From: Octopus sinensis
Lineage: Eukaryota
DNA: 64,000 nucleotides
Assembly (NCBI RefSeq): GCF_006345805.1
Contig: NC_043011.1
Coordinates: 15,202,464 to 15,266,463 of the forward strand
Reading direction: 5' to 3'
The position numbers were made by a program, and so were the translations under genes. Shown piece after piece: positions 21,157 through 34,723 of this stretch (within the stretch, counting starts at the first letter, position 1; each line of letters begins with the position of its first letter). The notes beneath the pieces were generated by a model. The model was given only the letters and a program-made list of their open reading frames with translations. It had not been told where the DNA came from and ran no database searches.

Positions 21157-22880
21157 ATAATTCTTGATATTATTGAAATGACTGAAACACGTAAAAGAGA
21201 AAGAGAGAGAGAGAAGGATTGTATAAAAAATTAAAAATTTTGCCTCAGAAGTACTTGTAAAATTTAGGGATCCTTCAAACGAACATACACGCAAACATAC
21301 ATACACACGTCCGTTGTTTATAACAAAAGGAAAAAATACTCAATACGTGATATAGCGTATAATTATATGTATTCGGTTTACGCTTTAATCGACTGAAATA
21401 TACTTACTCATCCTATATGGCACCGAGGGAAAATGATCTCAGGGACAGTTTCATAACGAAACCATCGCAGTGAGAGATGAATCCAACAAAATATGTGTTA
21501 AGTATTGAGCTAGCAAACGCAGTAAGCACATCTATGAATGTATAAATGTGCAAAATTATGACAGTACAGAACGATTGAAATTATGAAAGTGCAAAAGCGT
21601 TTTCTGCAGCATATTTTTACATATTGTAACTTCATTATTACATGGCCTAATAATATCGAATATTTGAGAGTAAACATACAGATTGCATGTGTTCATTTAG
21701 ATACAAATGTATTTTTTCTTAAAATAATTCCAGTGCCACATGATTTTTATAATATTGTTGTGGTTCGGCTGGTACAGTACTTCTTGACCTACTTTGCTGG
21801 CTTGGCGACTCAAAGTCTGGAATAAAAGGTTATAGTCCTTTGTTCACGATGGCTTTTGGAGGGACCCCTACCCCTTTTGCCGGTCAAGAAAGGGTCAGAG
21901 AAATGTGAGGGCCGAGGAAGACAGAGTAAGGAATCTGGGAGCTGTCATGAGAGATGACAGTAGATTTAGAGAGGATGAGGGACAGAGGAAGACAGGCAGA
22001 TAGGACCAAGCGGTGATAGAGAGAATATTAGCAGTGCTAAGGGAGATTGGGGGTGGTGAGAGAGCAAGAGGTTTTGGCAGTCGGTATTTGGTCGTCAAAG
22101 CGAGCGGTTGGATTTAGGAGCGAGGATTTGGAATTCGGGGCAATAGTTTGGCAAGTTGGAGTTAGCAGTACTGAGAGAGATGAGGTGCAATATGGGACAC
22201 TGGCTATTCTAGGAGGAACTAAGGTACGTGAATTGTGTATTGATATGTGAAGAAAAAGAAGGAAAAAGAATCGATGCATCGAAATGTTGAAAAGAAATGA
22301 GACAGTGAAAAGAACAATGTGAACTGTGTAAAGACATTGTGTACAGAGTTGTTGAAGAGAGAACTGTGTAATGAACATTGTATATGCCTTTAATGTGATT
22401 TGAAACAGAATTGTTGTCTCCGGACGTGTACTCTTGAAATGCTGTTATTAAATGCTTTGATGTGTTGTTACCGGGCAGTTTAAATGCTTTGATCTGTGGT
22501 ATACCTGTATGATGTATTGAGTTGATGTGTTGATTCTGTTACTTGCATGTCCTCTTTTAAATGTATCTGAAATGTATTTGATGTTGTAACAATTGTAATA
22601 GTCATATAAACTAGTACGTTAAATGTAATCCAATTGCCTTGCCTTCATTGTGTCTCTCTCGGTTGCCTCTAGCTGCATCTCCTCCTGCTGCTGTTGTTGT
22701 TATCTCTCTCTCCTCACCGAGTTTCCGTGGCGAACATTCGCTGCATCGAACGGGCCTGTGTGAGGGATTCCGTAACAGCTTTCGTTTGACGGAGGTCCCC
22801 TCGTAACAATATGTTCAATTTTTGAAAGACAGCTAAGAAAGCAGCCCCGCGATGTAGTATATTATGATAAGGACAAATAT

Positions 22881-23441
22881 GTATTTCTTTACTACCCACA
22901 CGGAGAGGACAAACAAGGACAGACAAACGGATTAAGTTGATTACATCGACCCAGTGCGTAACTGGTACTTATTTAATCGACCCCGAAAGGATGAAAGGCA
23001 AAGTCGACCTCGGCGGAATTTGAACTCAGAACGTAACGGCAGACGAAATACCTATTTCTTTACTACCCACAAGAGGCTAAACACAGAGAGGACAAACGGA
23101 TTAAGTCGATCATATTGACCCCAGAGCGTAACTGGTATTTATTTAATCGAACCCGAAAGGATGAAAGGCAAAGTCGACCTCAGCGGAATTTGAACTCAGA
23201 ACGTAACGGTGGACGAAATACCTATTTCTTTACTACCCACAAGGGGCTAAACACAGAGAGGACAAACAAGGACAGACAGACGGATTAAGTAGATTACATC
23301 GATCCAGTGCGTAACTGGTACTTAATTTATCGACCATGAAAAGATGAAAGGCAAAGTCGACCTCGGCGGAATTTGAACTCAGAACGTAACAGCAGACGAA
23401 ATACCGCCCGGCGTGCTAACGATTCTGCCAGCTCGCCGCCT
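22881..23441 (-). mobile_element. SINE family A trimer (one head, three bodies) with a 16-bp TSD
   Basis: tgataaggacaaatat at 22865-22880 and 23442-23457. Confidence 0.9.
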
Positions 23442-23809
23442 TGATAAGGACAAATATAACTAGAACAACTGTGTTTATCATTGTCATCTCGGTGCAATGC
23501 AACTCTAACTGCCTTAGCCATTGTGTGACTGTATATTGAACAAGAGAGAAAAAGCTTTTCTAAGAATCCCTCTTTGACAACAAATATGACTTTTCAGAAA
23601 GGTTTCTATCTGTTATCTGGCTGATCTCACAACCTATAAACGATTTACATTTGGCTAACCAATATTTCAAGTTGCGTAATATCAAAACAGACTGGTGATA
23701 GTTAATGAGAGACACACAAGACTCGGACATATTTTGTATCATCATTTGTTATGGTCAAAGTTTTAAATTCATCATGGCTACCCACACAGACACGTGCACC
23801 ACTACAAAT

Positions 23810-23852
<43 letters not shown>

Positions 23853-23997
23853 CACACACACAGTGTGTGTGAAAAGTCACAAACAAAGTTCTATGCCTTC
23901 AGGAATTGTCAAAGACGTGCTTCAATTTTTCTAAAATTGAATAAAATAAATAAAATAATGATGAATTCATGCATATTTGTACATGTTGAACAAAATG

Positions 23998-24019
23998 AAT
24001 AATAATAATAATAATAATA

Positions 24020-24061
<42 letters not shown>

Positions 24062-24176
24062 ATAATAATAATAATAATAATAATAAATAATAATAGTAAG
24101 TGTTTTTCCATGCCCTAGGTGTATGGAAAACACTCGGCGAGAAACGGAAGAAAATTTGAAGAAACAAGGAAAAAAC

Positions 24177-24222
<46 letters not shown>

Positions 24223-24225
24223 TTA
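23998..24225. repeat. (AAT)n/(GAT)n arrays
   Basis: Directly visible. Confidence 0.85.
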
Positions 24226-24302
24226 ATAGGCGTGTGAATGTAGTCAACTAGTATATGTATATATATATAAATGCAGTGAGCAACTGAATTTATATAAATA
24301 TA

Positions 24303-24828
24303 CAGGGTGTTCAGGCTAAATTTGACAATTTGCATAAAAGGAATAGAAAACAATACTCCATTAAAGAAATTAAAATACCTTAAAAATCAAAAAATATCAA
24401 CTAGATTATACCTTCCTTATTCAGAACTACCGCTGTAGATTCCACCATGGCCTCAGTTCGACTCCAGAATCTGACGCAAGGGCTTATCACCGTGTCTGTG
24501 GGAAGATTTTTGCATACTCTGTCGATCTTATCTACCAGTTCGGCCTTGGTGTTGCAGGCAGAGCTGTTGGTGTCTTTCTCAACCACGTCCCAGACATTGT
24601 AATACATGGAATTAGAATTGGGGTACTTAGGAAGCCAGAAATAAGGGCTGTTAAAGAGATAGAAATACTCCGATAGCCTAGCCACTTTTGACTGGTTCCG
24701 GAAGGGTGGCAAGAAAACGAATCCTGCTGCCACACATTTGACCTTCACAGCAGCAACCATCTTCGGCAACTTCACGTAGCGGAATGAATTGAGCCTAAGA
24801 CAATGACCATAAATATGGGGATTAAACA
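24303..24828 (-). pseudogene. Tc1/mariner (DD37D/maT-like) transposase C-terminal remnant with one TIR
   Basis: Frames give PHIYGHCLRLNS..YVKL, WQQDS..CH.SGTSQKWL, WLPKYPNSNSMYYNVWDVVEKDTN..CNTKAELVDKI..RFWSRTEAMVE (decayed WPPNSPDLNP motif); TA-CAGGGTGTTCAGGC terminus at 24301. Confidence 0.75.
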
Positions 24829-25290
24829 CCGGAGCGCGGGGGCAGTCAGGACACCAGCTGTATCTCTACCTGCTGGTCACGGTTTCGTAATCTCCGTTGC
24901 AGCTGCCCCTGTCAGGTTTAACAGTCTTTGTTCACAGAACACCGAGCAACAGTGGTGCTCCACGAGGCTCCGGTAGGGGGTGGGGTGGCGACCCCTGTTG
25001 TACTATTTCGCCCCAACTTTCTCTCACTCTTTCTTCCTGTTTCTTGTCCCCGACTTCCTACGCAACCGCTGAGCCTGGATGCGCATTCATCCATCCGTCG
25101 ATGCTCTCGGTGTCGGGGGTTGACCTGCTTTCTCTTCTGCGGGTCTTACGAATAGCAAAGGATCTCGTTTCGGGCTTCTCCCAAGGGACGAAGACCGCTT
25201 CACTCAACAAACAAATACACAAACAAGCAGCAGTGGTGCAGGGATTTAGATACTCGGCGCGAATCAACGTGATTCGAGCAACACTTTTCC
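24829..25290 (+). mobile_element. Unclassified repeat sharing an approximately 90-bp body with SINE family C but lacking the tRNA head
   Basis: 24957-25046 matches the reverse complements of 60427-60512 and 33654-33742; boundaries uncertain. Confidence 0.5.
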
Positions 25291-26097
25291 TATATTCAGA
25301 TGGCTTCCAATCCACCGTGTCAGCTAACTTTATGCTCTCCGACGCTGTTGACTGTTCAGCAATGCATAAAACTGCTCCTGAACACAAAAAAAATGGAAAA
25401 AATCGCCAAATTTTGTCCGAAGAATCCGTATACAATATTTAACTTAATAATAATTTACAGAATTAATTCTGTATAAAATCTGAGTGAATCTGTTCGCAAG
25501 TTTTGAACTGATTTTACTTAGATTTAGTTCGCAACTTGTAAATAGAAACACTTAAAAACCGAAACAGGAAGAATTTGTTAACTAGTCGCCATTAACAATG
25601 AACCATATTCCACTTTTCCCCTTCTTGCTGTATTTTGCCACTTATTTCACTGCAATATGTCACGTTCTTAATATATGTATGTGTGTGTGTGTGTGTAAGT
25701 CCTGGGATCGATTTATTCAACTAAAGGCGGTGATCCAGCATGGCCATAGTCAAATAACTGTAACAAGTAAAAGAATATGTATATATGTCTGTGTGTGTAT
25801 TTGTATATATATATATATATATATATATAGCTACACATACGCATATATACACATATATATCCACAACGCATATACATACACATATGCACACATATAATTA
25901 TATACATATACTTAGATCTGGAACTATAAGAATCCGAAAATCTTAACTCATCGAAGATTCTGTTAGTCTTTGTTAGAAGTATGTGTCGGTGTGGCAACGC
26001 ACGTGTGCGTATATTTAAATGAATATAAATGTATGCATGTATGTATATATATATATGTATGTTTATGTTATTATATATATGATATATATATATATAT

Positions 26098-26128
<31 letters not shown>

Positions 26129-27979
26129 CTATATATATATATATATGTACACTTATGTGCACAAAAGACACAACATATATGTGCATGCACACATAAATAG
26201 AAGCCGACACATATATGGTGCTTTTGAAAAGACTATCAAAATATTCGATGAATTATGCTTTTTCATTATTATGGAAGTTGAACACAAACTTTATACTGGC
26301 AACGGATGTACTGACCCATACATACAGCAAAGTCCTCATAATTTATGGTGACATTGACACGAACACATATACACATTGAAATATATATTACACGACTGTA
26401 TTCATAAATGTATAAGAAAATGGTAAGTTATTCGATTAAGAATTAGCTGATATCTCTGGCATAGCGGTCCGTGTTTTACTAAGAAAAATGTCTGCCAAGT
26501 CTAAACAGTGCAAATGTCTCATACAGCCGGAACATTTTATTTAAAGTAATCTGTTGGCTGACCTTGAAGGTCGTAGCAAAACGTCCGAATTTCTCAGATG
26601 ATAAGTTAGATTTCTGTCTGGTCATTCTACAAAGGTTTAATATTACCTGCGGAGAAATTTACGACATGAGATCATATCTTTCAATAGCATACTTTTCTCC
26701 CGATATAATAACCTGTTACAGGACTGGTCTCTTTACCAGCCATTATTATTCAAATGTGCACCGATCTATGTGAATGGTACTCAAAATTGAAAATAAGTTA
26801 ACTATAGTTGGAAAAGCATCAATATATGCAACAAATGGTACACACTCACGTAGACACACACACGCACAGGTACACAGACACCCATATATAAGTACATTTT
26901 TTTTTTGTTTCAAGTTATATAATGACATATGTGTCAGTTCGTTAAAATGTAACATAGGGATATTAAGATAAGATCTGTACAGTAAATTAAAGGAAGCTAA
27001 GTTTTTAAGAAGAATCAAGTGATTAGAGGATTATGTCTACATCGTGGGTTCAGTGTTTAAGGGATTAAAGTATAAAAAGGAATGAGCTAAATTCAAATGA
27101 TTAAAAAAATAGAAATTATAATTTGACACTGAGATTAAAAGTGAAAAATATTGGAAGCCCAGGAGCACAACCACAAAGACATACAAGAAAGTACGAAAAG
27201 CAATGCTAAGATAGCCTAGAATCCCGAAGTATAGCAAAAAAGAAAGAATGCTGATTCAATGTGAGTAAATAATTTCATGTTAATAGTACATTGCAGTTCT
27301 CACCTACTCTCGCAAAAATTATAATAGTGCAAAATTTCAAAATGAAATGCATACAGTATTTTGAGACAAGTTTGCATAACTGCATAAATAAGAGAAAGCA
27401 GAACGGAAAATCCCATAAATTCGTGTGGGAATAGATTATCTTAGTGTCTGTGTTTGTCCTCCTAGCACCACTTGACAACCGATGTTGGTGTGTTTACATC
27501 CCCGTAACCTAGCGATTCGGCAAAAGATGTCGATAGAATAAGTACCAGGCTTTAAAAAAGTATTGGGGTCGGTTTATTTGGCTAAAATTCCTTAAAGCGG
27601 TGCTCCAGCATGGCCACAGACTAATGACTAAATCAAGTAAACGATAAAAAACTAAAAGGCAAAGAATAAAGAAAATTATAGACAATTTATGAAAAGATGC
27701 GGAAATAATCTATATTTAGTATTTAGAAAGAAAGAAAGGAAGGAAGGAAGGAAGAAAGAAAGAAAGAAAGAAAGAAAGGAAAGAAGGAAGAACTGCAGGA
27801 AGGAAGAAAGAAAGAAAGGCAGGAAGGAAGAAAGAAAGTAAGAAAGAGAAAAAATAAGGAACTGACAAGATTAAATACTGGAATAAATGTTGCGATCAAA
27901 ATTGTCGAAGAGAAACTAAACGGCAGAGAAATAAAAATATTTACGCGGCATGCTTATTTACATACTATCAGACCGATGT

Positions 27980-28290
27980 GAAGGCTCATGGTTCAGTGGT
28001 TAGAGCGTCGAGCTTGCGATCGTGAGGTTGTGAGTTTGAATCCCGGACCGGGCTGCGTCTTGTGTTCTTGAGCAAGACACTTTATTTCACATTGCTCCAT
28101 TTCACTCAGTGGAGTTCACTTACCTTTCCCTTGGATAACACTGGTGACCTGGAGAGGAGAGGCCGGTATGCATGGGCGACTGCTGGTCTTCCATAAAACA
28201 ACCTTGTGTGGACTTGTACTTGGGAGGATAACTTTCTAGGTGCAATCTCATGGTCAGTCATGACCGAAGGGTGTCTCAGATCAGACCTGT
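27980..28290 (+). mobile_element. SINE family D (tRNA head + CORE/V-like tgtgttcttgagcaagacacttt domain)
   Basis: A-box tggttcagtggttag and B-box gtttgaatccc; head also found inverted at 45660-45770. Confidence 0.7.
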
Positions 28291-28739
28291 ATTTTGACGG
28301 CATTCATGTACGACGTCATGTATAGTCTTGTTACGACGTCACGTGTAGTCTTCTTACGAGGATGAGAGTGTATGAAGTACAAAAAGTATATAAATATATG
28401 GAATTTGAGGGGAAAACTTTGCGGAGGATTTCTCTGAAATGAACATGGATATTAGATATACGAAGGGGTGCTGGAATGTTCCTGGCTTTAAGGGTATCGC
28501 CAAAGACCTGGCTGGAAGCCCAACCTTCCGAGTTCTTTTACAGGGCTTCGAAAAACTGAAGGACTTCTGCAATAAGTGTGTGAATCTGAAAGGGGAAGAT
28601 GTTGAATAAAACCATAATTAACTGATCTTCCTGTATTTTCTTTTGCCCAACGCCAAGAATTCGCACCCACTCTTACTATAATTCTTTACACACTAGGCAT
28701 AATGCCTGAAATTTGTGGGGCTGGTTGATTACATTTACC

Positions 28740-28870
28740 GAACTTCTCGATGCCGAAAGGATGAAAGGCAAAGTCAACCTCGGCGGAATTTGAACTCAAA
28801 ACGTAAATCTAGAAGAAATGTCGCTGAGTATTTAGTCCAACGTGTTAACTATTCTGCCAGCGCGCCGCCT
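28740..28870 (-). mobile_element. Degenerate SINE family A 5' half
   Basis: ccgaaaggatgaaaggcaaagtcaacctcggcggaatttgaactc...ctgccagcgcgccgcc. Confidence 0.75.
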
Positions 28871-29064
28871 TAAATTATATCGCACATACTATACTGACAG
28901 TGCGTTAAATATATTTGGAGAGTCAGACCTACGAGTTAAATCATCTGAAGTTTTAAACGGGGGTGGGGGAAATGAAAAGTTCACAAAATATTGCGGTGTG
29001 TGTGTGTTTGTATGAATATGTGTGTATGTATATGTATGCGCGCGTGTGCTTTGTGGAATTCTGA

Positions 29065-29087
29065 ATTCTAGTACATCATCATCATCA

Positions 29088-29134
<47 letters not shown>

Positions 29135-29170
29135 GACTGAGAGAGCAGTTCATGCCATCAAATAATAATA

Positions 29171-29223
<53 letters not shown>

Positions 29224-29281
29224 TATTATTGTTACTATTAATATTATTATTATCATTATTAATATTATTAGTATCATTATC

Positions 29282-29313
<32 letters not shown>

Positions 29314-29420
29314 TGTTGTTGTTGTTGTTATTATTATTATTATTATCATTATTATTATTATTATTATTATTGTTATTATTGTTGTTGTTATTATTATTAT
29401 TATTGTTATTATTATTATCA

Positions 29421-29467
<47 letters not shown>

Positions 29468-29823
29468 ATTATTATTATTATTATTATTATTATTGTTGCT
29501 GTTGTTGCTTTCTTTATTGTTTCTGTTTTTGTTGTAGAGGTTAGATAAAATGCCTTACAGCATTGAGATAGGGTTCTTTACCTTCTTATTTCAAATTTCT
29601 ATGGGGTCAACTATTCCTTTCATCCATCCGTGCTCGATGTAAAAAATGTACCTGTCATGTGCTGGTGTCGAGAGTTTCGACTAGCCCCCTCCCCTCATAT
29701 CTTCTAGCCTTGTGCTAAAATCTGCAACCCATGTTATTATTTTTATTGTTATTAAGTGTTGTTTATGTTGTTCTATTACTAGTGCTGCTACAACCACTAC
29801 AACAACAACTACTACTACTACTA

Positions 29824-29871
<48 letters not shown>

Positions 29872-29909
29872 TCCTCTTCCTCCTCCTCCTCCTCCTCCTC
29901 CTCCTCCTC

Positions 29910-29942
<33 letters not shown>

Positions 29943-29951
29943 TACTACTAA

Positions 29952-29997
<46 letters not shown>

Positions 29998-30067
29998 ATA
30001 ATAATAATAATAAACATCATCATCATTGTCAGTATTATTATTATTATTATCATTATCATCATCATCA

Positions 30068-30098
<31 letters not shown>

Positions 30099-30189
30099 TA
30101 TTATTATTATATTATTATTATTATTATCATTATCATCATCATCATCATCATATTATTATTATTATTATTATTATTTTATTATTATTATA

Positions 30190-30225
<36 letters not shown>

Positions 30226-30247
30226 CATATCATCATCATCATCATCA

Positions 30248-30278
<31 letters not shown>

Positions 30279-30495
30279 TATTATCATTATCATTATTATT
30301 ATTATTACTATTATTATTATTATTATTATTATTATCATTATTATTATTATTATTATTATTATATTATATTATTATTATCATTATTATTATCATTATTATT
30401 ATCATCATGGTTATTATTATTATCATTATCATCATCATCATTATTATTATTATTATTGTTTTTATTATCATTATCATTATTATTATTATTATCAA
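29065..30495. repeat. Large compound (TAT/CAT/TAC/TCC)n arrays; source of the spurious poly-I/L/Y ORFs
   Basis: Directly visible. Confidence 0.93.
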
Positions 30496-30988
30496 AGCGA
30501 AACACAAGATTCGTACTTTCCTCGAAGTCATTCTTACTTCTGAACTTCCACAGCAAATGATAATTCTGTTGTGAAATCTACTGCCTTAAGTAAATCTGGA
30601 TTGAATGTCTTTTTATTTAGAGTTTACAATAAGAACTTATGCAGATCACGTGTCAGGATTTAATCCACATTGGCAAAGTAACTTTGAAAAGCGGATAAAA
30701 CATATTCATTGTTTTGTTTGTGTGATAACCGGGTTCGTGCAGAAGAATCATAAAAATGCACACACCTACATCAAGCAGAACCCTCGGGATTAGTGGGAAA
30801 AGTACGAATTAATCATAGCTTAAAGATACCACAAGGCGCTGTAATTACCAATTATCCGCCATGTTCATGTTCAATTTTCTAGGTTGGCATCAGCAACGTG
30901 TTGCCATAGAAAAGTCATATAACTGTGTGTCTTACTGTATACGTATGTGCGTGTGTGTTGTTTGTGTGTTTGTGAGTGTGTGTGTGTA

Positions 30989-31049
<61 letters not shown>

Positions 31050-31153
31050 GGTGGGGAGAGAGTCTGTGTGCTAGCTACATTGTGTCTATGTCCGTGTAGT
31101 GGAGACGTATACATACAAGCAACCAAATATATACCCATATGTATCCATGCATG

Positions 31154-31184
<31 letters not shown>

Positions 31185-31185
31185 G

Positions 31186-31229
<44 letters not shown>

Positions 31230-31230
31230 T

Positions 31231-31262
<32 letters not shown>

Positions 31263-32100
31263 ATATATATATATATGTATCCATGCATATATATCTATAT
31301 CTATCTATATATATATATATTACACACATACACACACACAAACATACAAATGTAATATATATCCACACATATACACATATATGAATCAGTTCTGTTGTGT
31401 CGATGTTATATGTAAACTGGCTACATGTTTGTCATATACATGCTCTGCATCAATCCGTAGATGTTTTTGTCCAGTTTACGTCTACGCATGCGTGCACATT
31501 TGTGTGCGTATGTTCATGCATGCGTATATCAGGGTGAATGTTCATGTACGTATGTGTGCGTGCTTGTGTACGCATGTGTATGTGAGTGTGCGTGTGTTTG
31601 TGTATATGTGTGCGTGATTGTGTGCGCGTAACCAATGTAACGTACATCTATGTGTTTGCGTATTATGTTTATAAGTACGAACCAATATTAAGTGTCCTCG
31701 CATGAGTCTAAGTCCAGGCAATCTACTGTCCTTTATGTTATACCTAAGAGATTATACAGAGATAACAAGTGAACCAGATAAAAATAGAAATGATTGGATT
31801 ATTGGGCAGTCTGTAAACTTGCAATGCCAAGTTAGTTCGAGTTAAGCTTGTAGATGAGTGCGTTGGAATAGATTTTAAACATTCTAAGATCGAAACCACT
31901 CAGTGTTGTCATGCTGATATAATAAACGAATTCTAGATTGTATGACTGGTTGAGATTTGAAAGTAGCTTGCTAGACTAGTTAAAAATTGTTTGGGGCAGA
32001 TGTTTTCTAAAAATGACATTATATTATAGAGCAGGCATACGTCCCCGTGATACATGTTTGTAACGTTTTCGATTCCCAGATTATTTTTTCGATGGTTTAT

Positions 32101-32144
<44 letters not shown>

Positions 32145-32225
32145 CGTAAATTTAGGGTGAATACTTGATAAGTGTAAGCACCTGTATACGCCAGTTAGTG
32201 GCAGAAGTGAGCGGGTATATATATC

Positions 32226-32505
32226 AAATAAAATCAAAAACAGAACACAAAGGATGTCGCGGTACACGTGATTCAAGCTTTATAAACGACCTATATTTAC
32301 ATCAGTGTGTAATAGATATAAAGGATGGTTTAAAGCTCAATGAAAAATGTGAAAAGTGTGATGTAACTCTTGGGAATAACAATTGCATGCGGCTGAAGAG
32401 AGCTTTAAACCATCCTTTATATCTATTATACACATGTAAAAACAGGTCGTTTATAAAGCTTAAAACACGTGTACCGCGACATCCTTTGTGTTCTGTTTTT
32501 GATTT

Positions 32506-32510
<5 letters not shown>
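32226..32510. repeat. Fold-back element, about 112-bp arms and a 61-nt spacer, next to (TA)n
   Basis: Arms 32226-32338 and 32400-32510. Confidence 0.82.
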
Positions 32511-32563
<53 letters not shown>

Positions 32564-32689
32564 TTGCTGGTTTGGACGAAAATCACTCTATATAACACAA
32601 AAAGTTATGAATGAGTATACTTCCCGTACACTCCAGGAGGAAGTTAATGTCAATTTCAAATTTTTTCCACAGGGCCAGCAATTTCGAAG

Positions 32690-32853
32690 AGGGTATATGT
32701 CGGTTACATCGACTATAGTGCTCAACTGGTAATTATTTTATCTACCTTGAAGGATGAAAGCTTAAATCGACCTCGGCGATACGTAAAGATGGGCGAAATG
32801 CCGCTAAGCATTTTGCCCATCTTTTATTAACGTTACTGCTAGCTCGCCACCAG
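32690..32853 (-). mobile_element. Degenerate SINE family A, head-to-head with the next copy
   Basis: gaaggatgaaag..tcgacctcggcg...gctagctcgccacc. Confidence 0.65.
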
Positions 32854-32877
32854 GAGGATGATAATATTAACATATAA

Positions 32878-33111
32878 GGCGGCGAGCTGGCAGAATCGTT
32901 AGCACGCCGGGCGAAATGCGTAGTCGTATTTTGTCTGCCGTTACGTTCTGAGTTCAAATTCCGCCGAGGTCGAGTTTGCCTTTCATCCTTTCGAGGTCGA
33001 TAAATTAAGTACCAGTTACGTACTGGGGTCGATGTGATCGACTTAATCCGTTTGTCTGTCCTTGTTTGTCCTCTCTGTGTTTAGCCCCTTGTGGGTAGTA
33101 AAGAAATAGGT
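32878..33111 (+). mobile_element. SINE family A monomer
   Basis: Full head and body. Confidence 0.9.
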
Positions 33112-33564
33112 AATATTAACATGAGGTGTCGTCCTTATTCGTGTTCTGACCGTCTCCTCACGCAGTATCTCGAAAGTTGTGCTTCTGCGGAATATATAAT
33201 TAACAAAAGAGAGAAGCGAAACTTTTAAACTCTGATGACAAATCGTATGTATCGATTTATGGAAGGCATTGCACGTGCGATCAGCATATGGCCCAAAATA
33301 TTATCAATGTGTTATCTCCCATTGTGAGATGATGTTCTAGCTAAAACAATATTTATCCCACGGTCGGCAGGAAAACGGGCGTTGGGATAAATATAAACAT
33401 CACGACTGTTATTGAATACATATCAACAGAAGGAATACTGACCTTACTTTCCCATCAAACCTGTGTGAAGAAAGCAAGCCCCATATATTGTTATTTGGAG
33501 CATCGAAAGAAAAATTAGGTCAGCTGCCTACGATAAAAACGATAAACGTCGCCCTTTTCAAGCC

Positions 33565-33851
33565 AAGCCAGGCTCATGGGCACAGTTTCCCGGTTTCTGT
33601 GGTGTATGTGTTTACCCCAGCTGGACGGGACACCAGTCCATCGCAGCGTTACTCAAGAAACAGGAAAAGAGAGTGAGAGAAACTTGTGGCGAAAGAGTAC
33701 AACAGGGGTCACCACCTACCCCCCTGCGGACCCTCGTGGAGCTTTTAGGTGTTTTCGCTCAATAAACACACACAACGCCCGGTCTGGGAAGCGAAACCGC
33801 GATCTTCCGACCGCGAGTTCGCTGTCCTAACCATAGGGCCATTGCGCCTCC
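33565..33851 (-). mobile_element. SINE family C (tRNA head; gcgatggactgg..ccgtccag..gaaaccggg tail)
   Basis: Homologous to 58796-59100. Confidence 0.8.
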
Positions 33852-33940
33852 CAGCTGCCTACACAAGTGAACATATCCTCTACAACCAGAGAGAAGAAAA
33901 TTTAAGCAGAACTACTTTGGAACTGCAGCTTCCTTGAACT

Positions 33941-34110
33941 GGTACTCCGTCGGTTGCGATGACGAGTATTCCAGTTGAGCTAATCAACGGAACAGCCTGC
34001 GCGTGAAATTAATGTGCAAGTGGAAGAGTACCCTTAAAGTAGTTCTTGGCAAGATTCAGCGTGACACAGAATGTGACGAATATGACCCTTCGAATTATAG
34101 GTACTACTCA
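33941..34110 (-). mobile_element. Isolated alternative 3' module of SINE family C
   Basis: Matches 60243-60420 and the reverse complement of 51712-51787. Confidence 0.65.
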
Positions 34111-34723
34111 TTTTTGTCAGGTGAGTGGACTGTAGCAACATTAAATAAAATGATGTACACAAGGACGCAACTCACCACCAGTAATCGAGCGCGCGAACTT
34201 ATGGTCATGAGCCGAATACTCTAACTATTAAGCCACCGCGCCTTCACTGCAGCTTCCTTCTCATGATTATAAACTCATGTCCATACAAATAATCATCGGT
34301 GCATTTAATTATTTCAGTAAATGTTTAAGAGTCTAACCCCTCCCTTCAAAATTGCCGGTCTTCTGCTTAAATTAGAAACAATTTGCGGAGAACAAATATT
34401 AGAAAAATGTGGTTCCATTTGAAAAACTTCTAGAAATAATTCGTGTCTGAATGTTCGTGAATGTGTCCCCGCCTTTTTTGACTATAATTAGTTAATTATG
34501 AAAACTGTGACCTCACCGTTTTTTACAATAATTAGCTATTTTAAAAATGATTACTTTTATCAGTAAAAGTGTAATTTTACTTAATTAAAATTTCTTGGTT
34601 TATTACATCAAGAAGGTTAACATCTGCTTGGCTACGTAAATGCGTCTGCAATTATCGTATAACGTAAATAGAGAATTGTTGTAAGAATGCATGTATGAGT
34701 ATTTATCTAGTATTCATCTAAAA

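Noticed and set aside
21850-22860. Possible Penelope N-terminal ORF remnant (also 52880-53450)
   Set aside because: Only faint resemblance in low-complexity purine-rich sequence; would need a profile search.
29158-30574. Long ORFs of poly-I/L/Y/H (and similar ORFs at 558-893, 14697-15056, 23899-24353, 49234-49760, 49940-50600, 63289-63698)
   Set aside because: These are translations of di-, tri- and tetranucleotide microsatellites, not genes.
33225-33270. CTGATGA followed by an aaatcg/cgattt hairpin
   Set aside because: No correctly placed GAAA, stem III or stem I.
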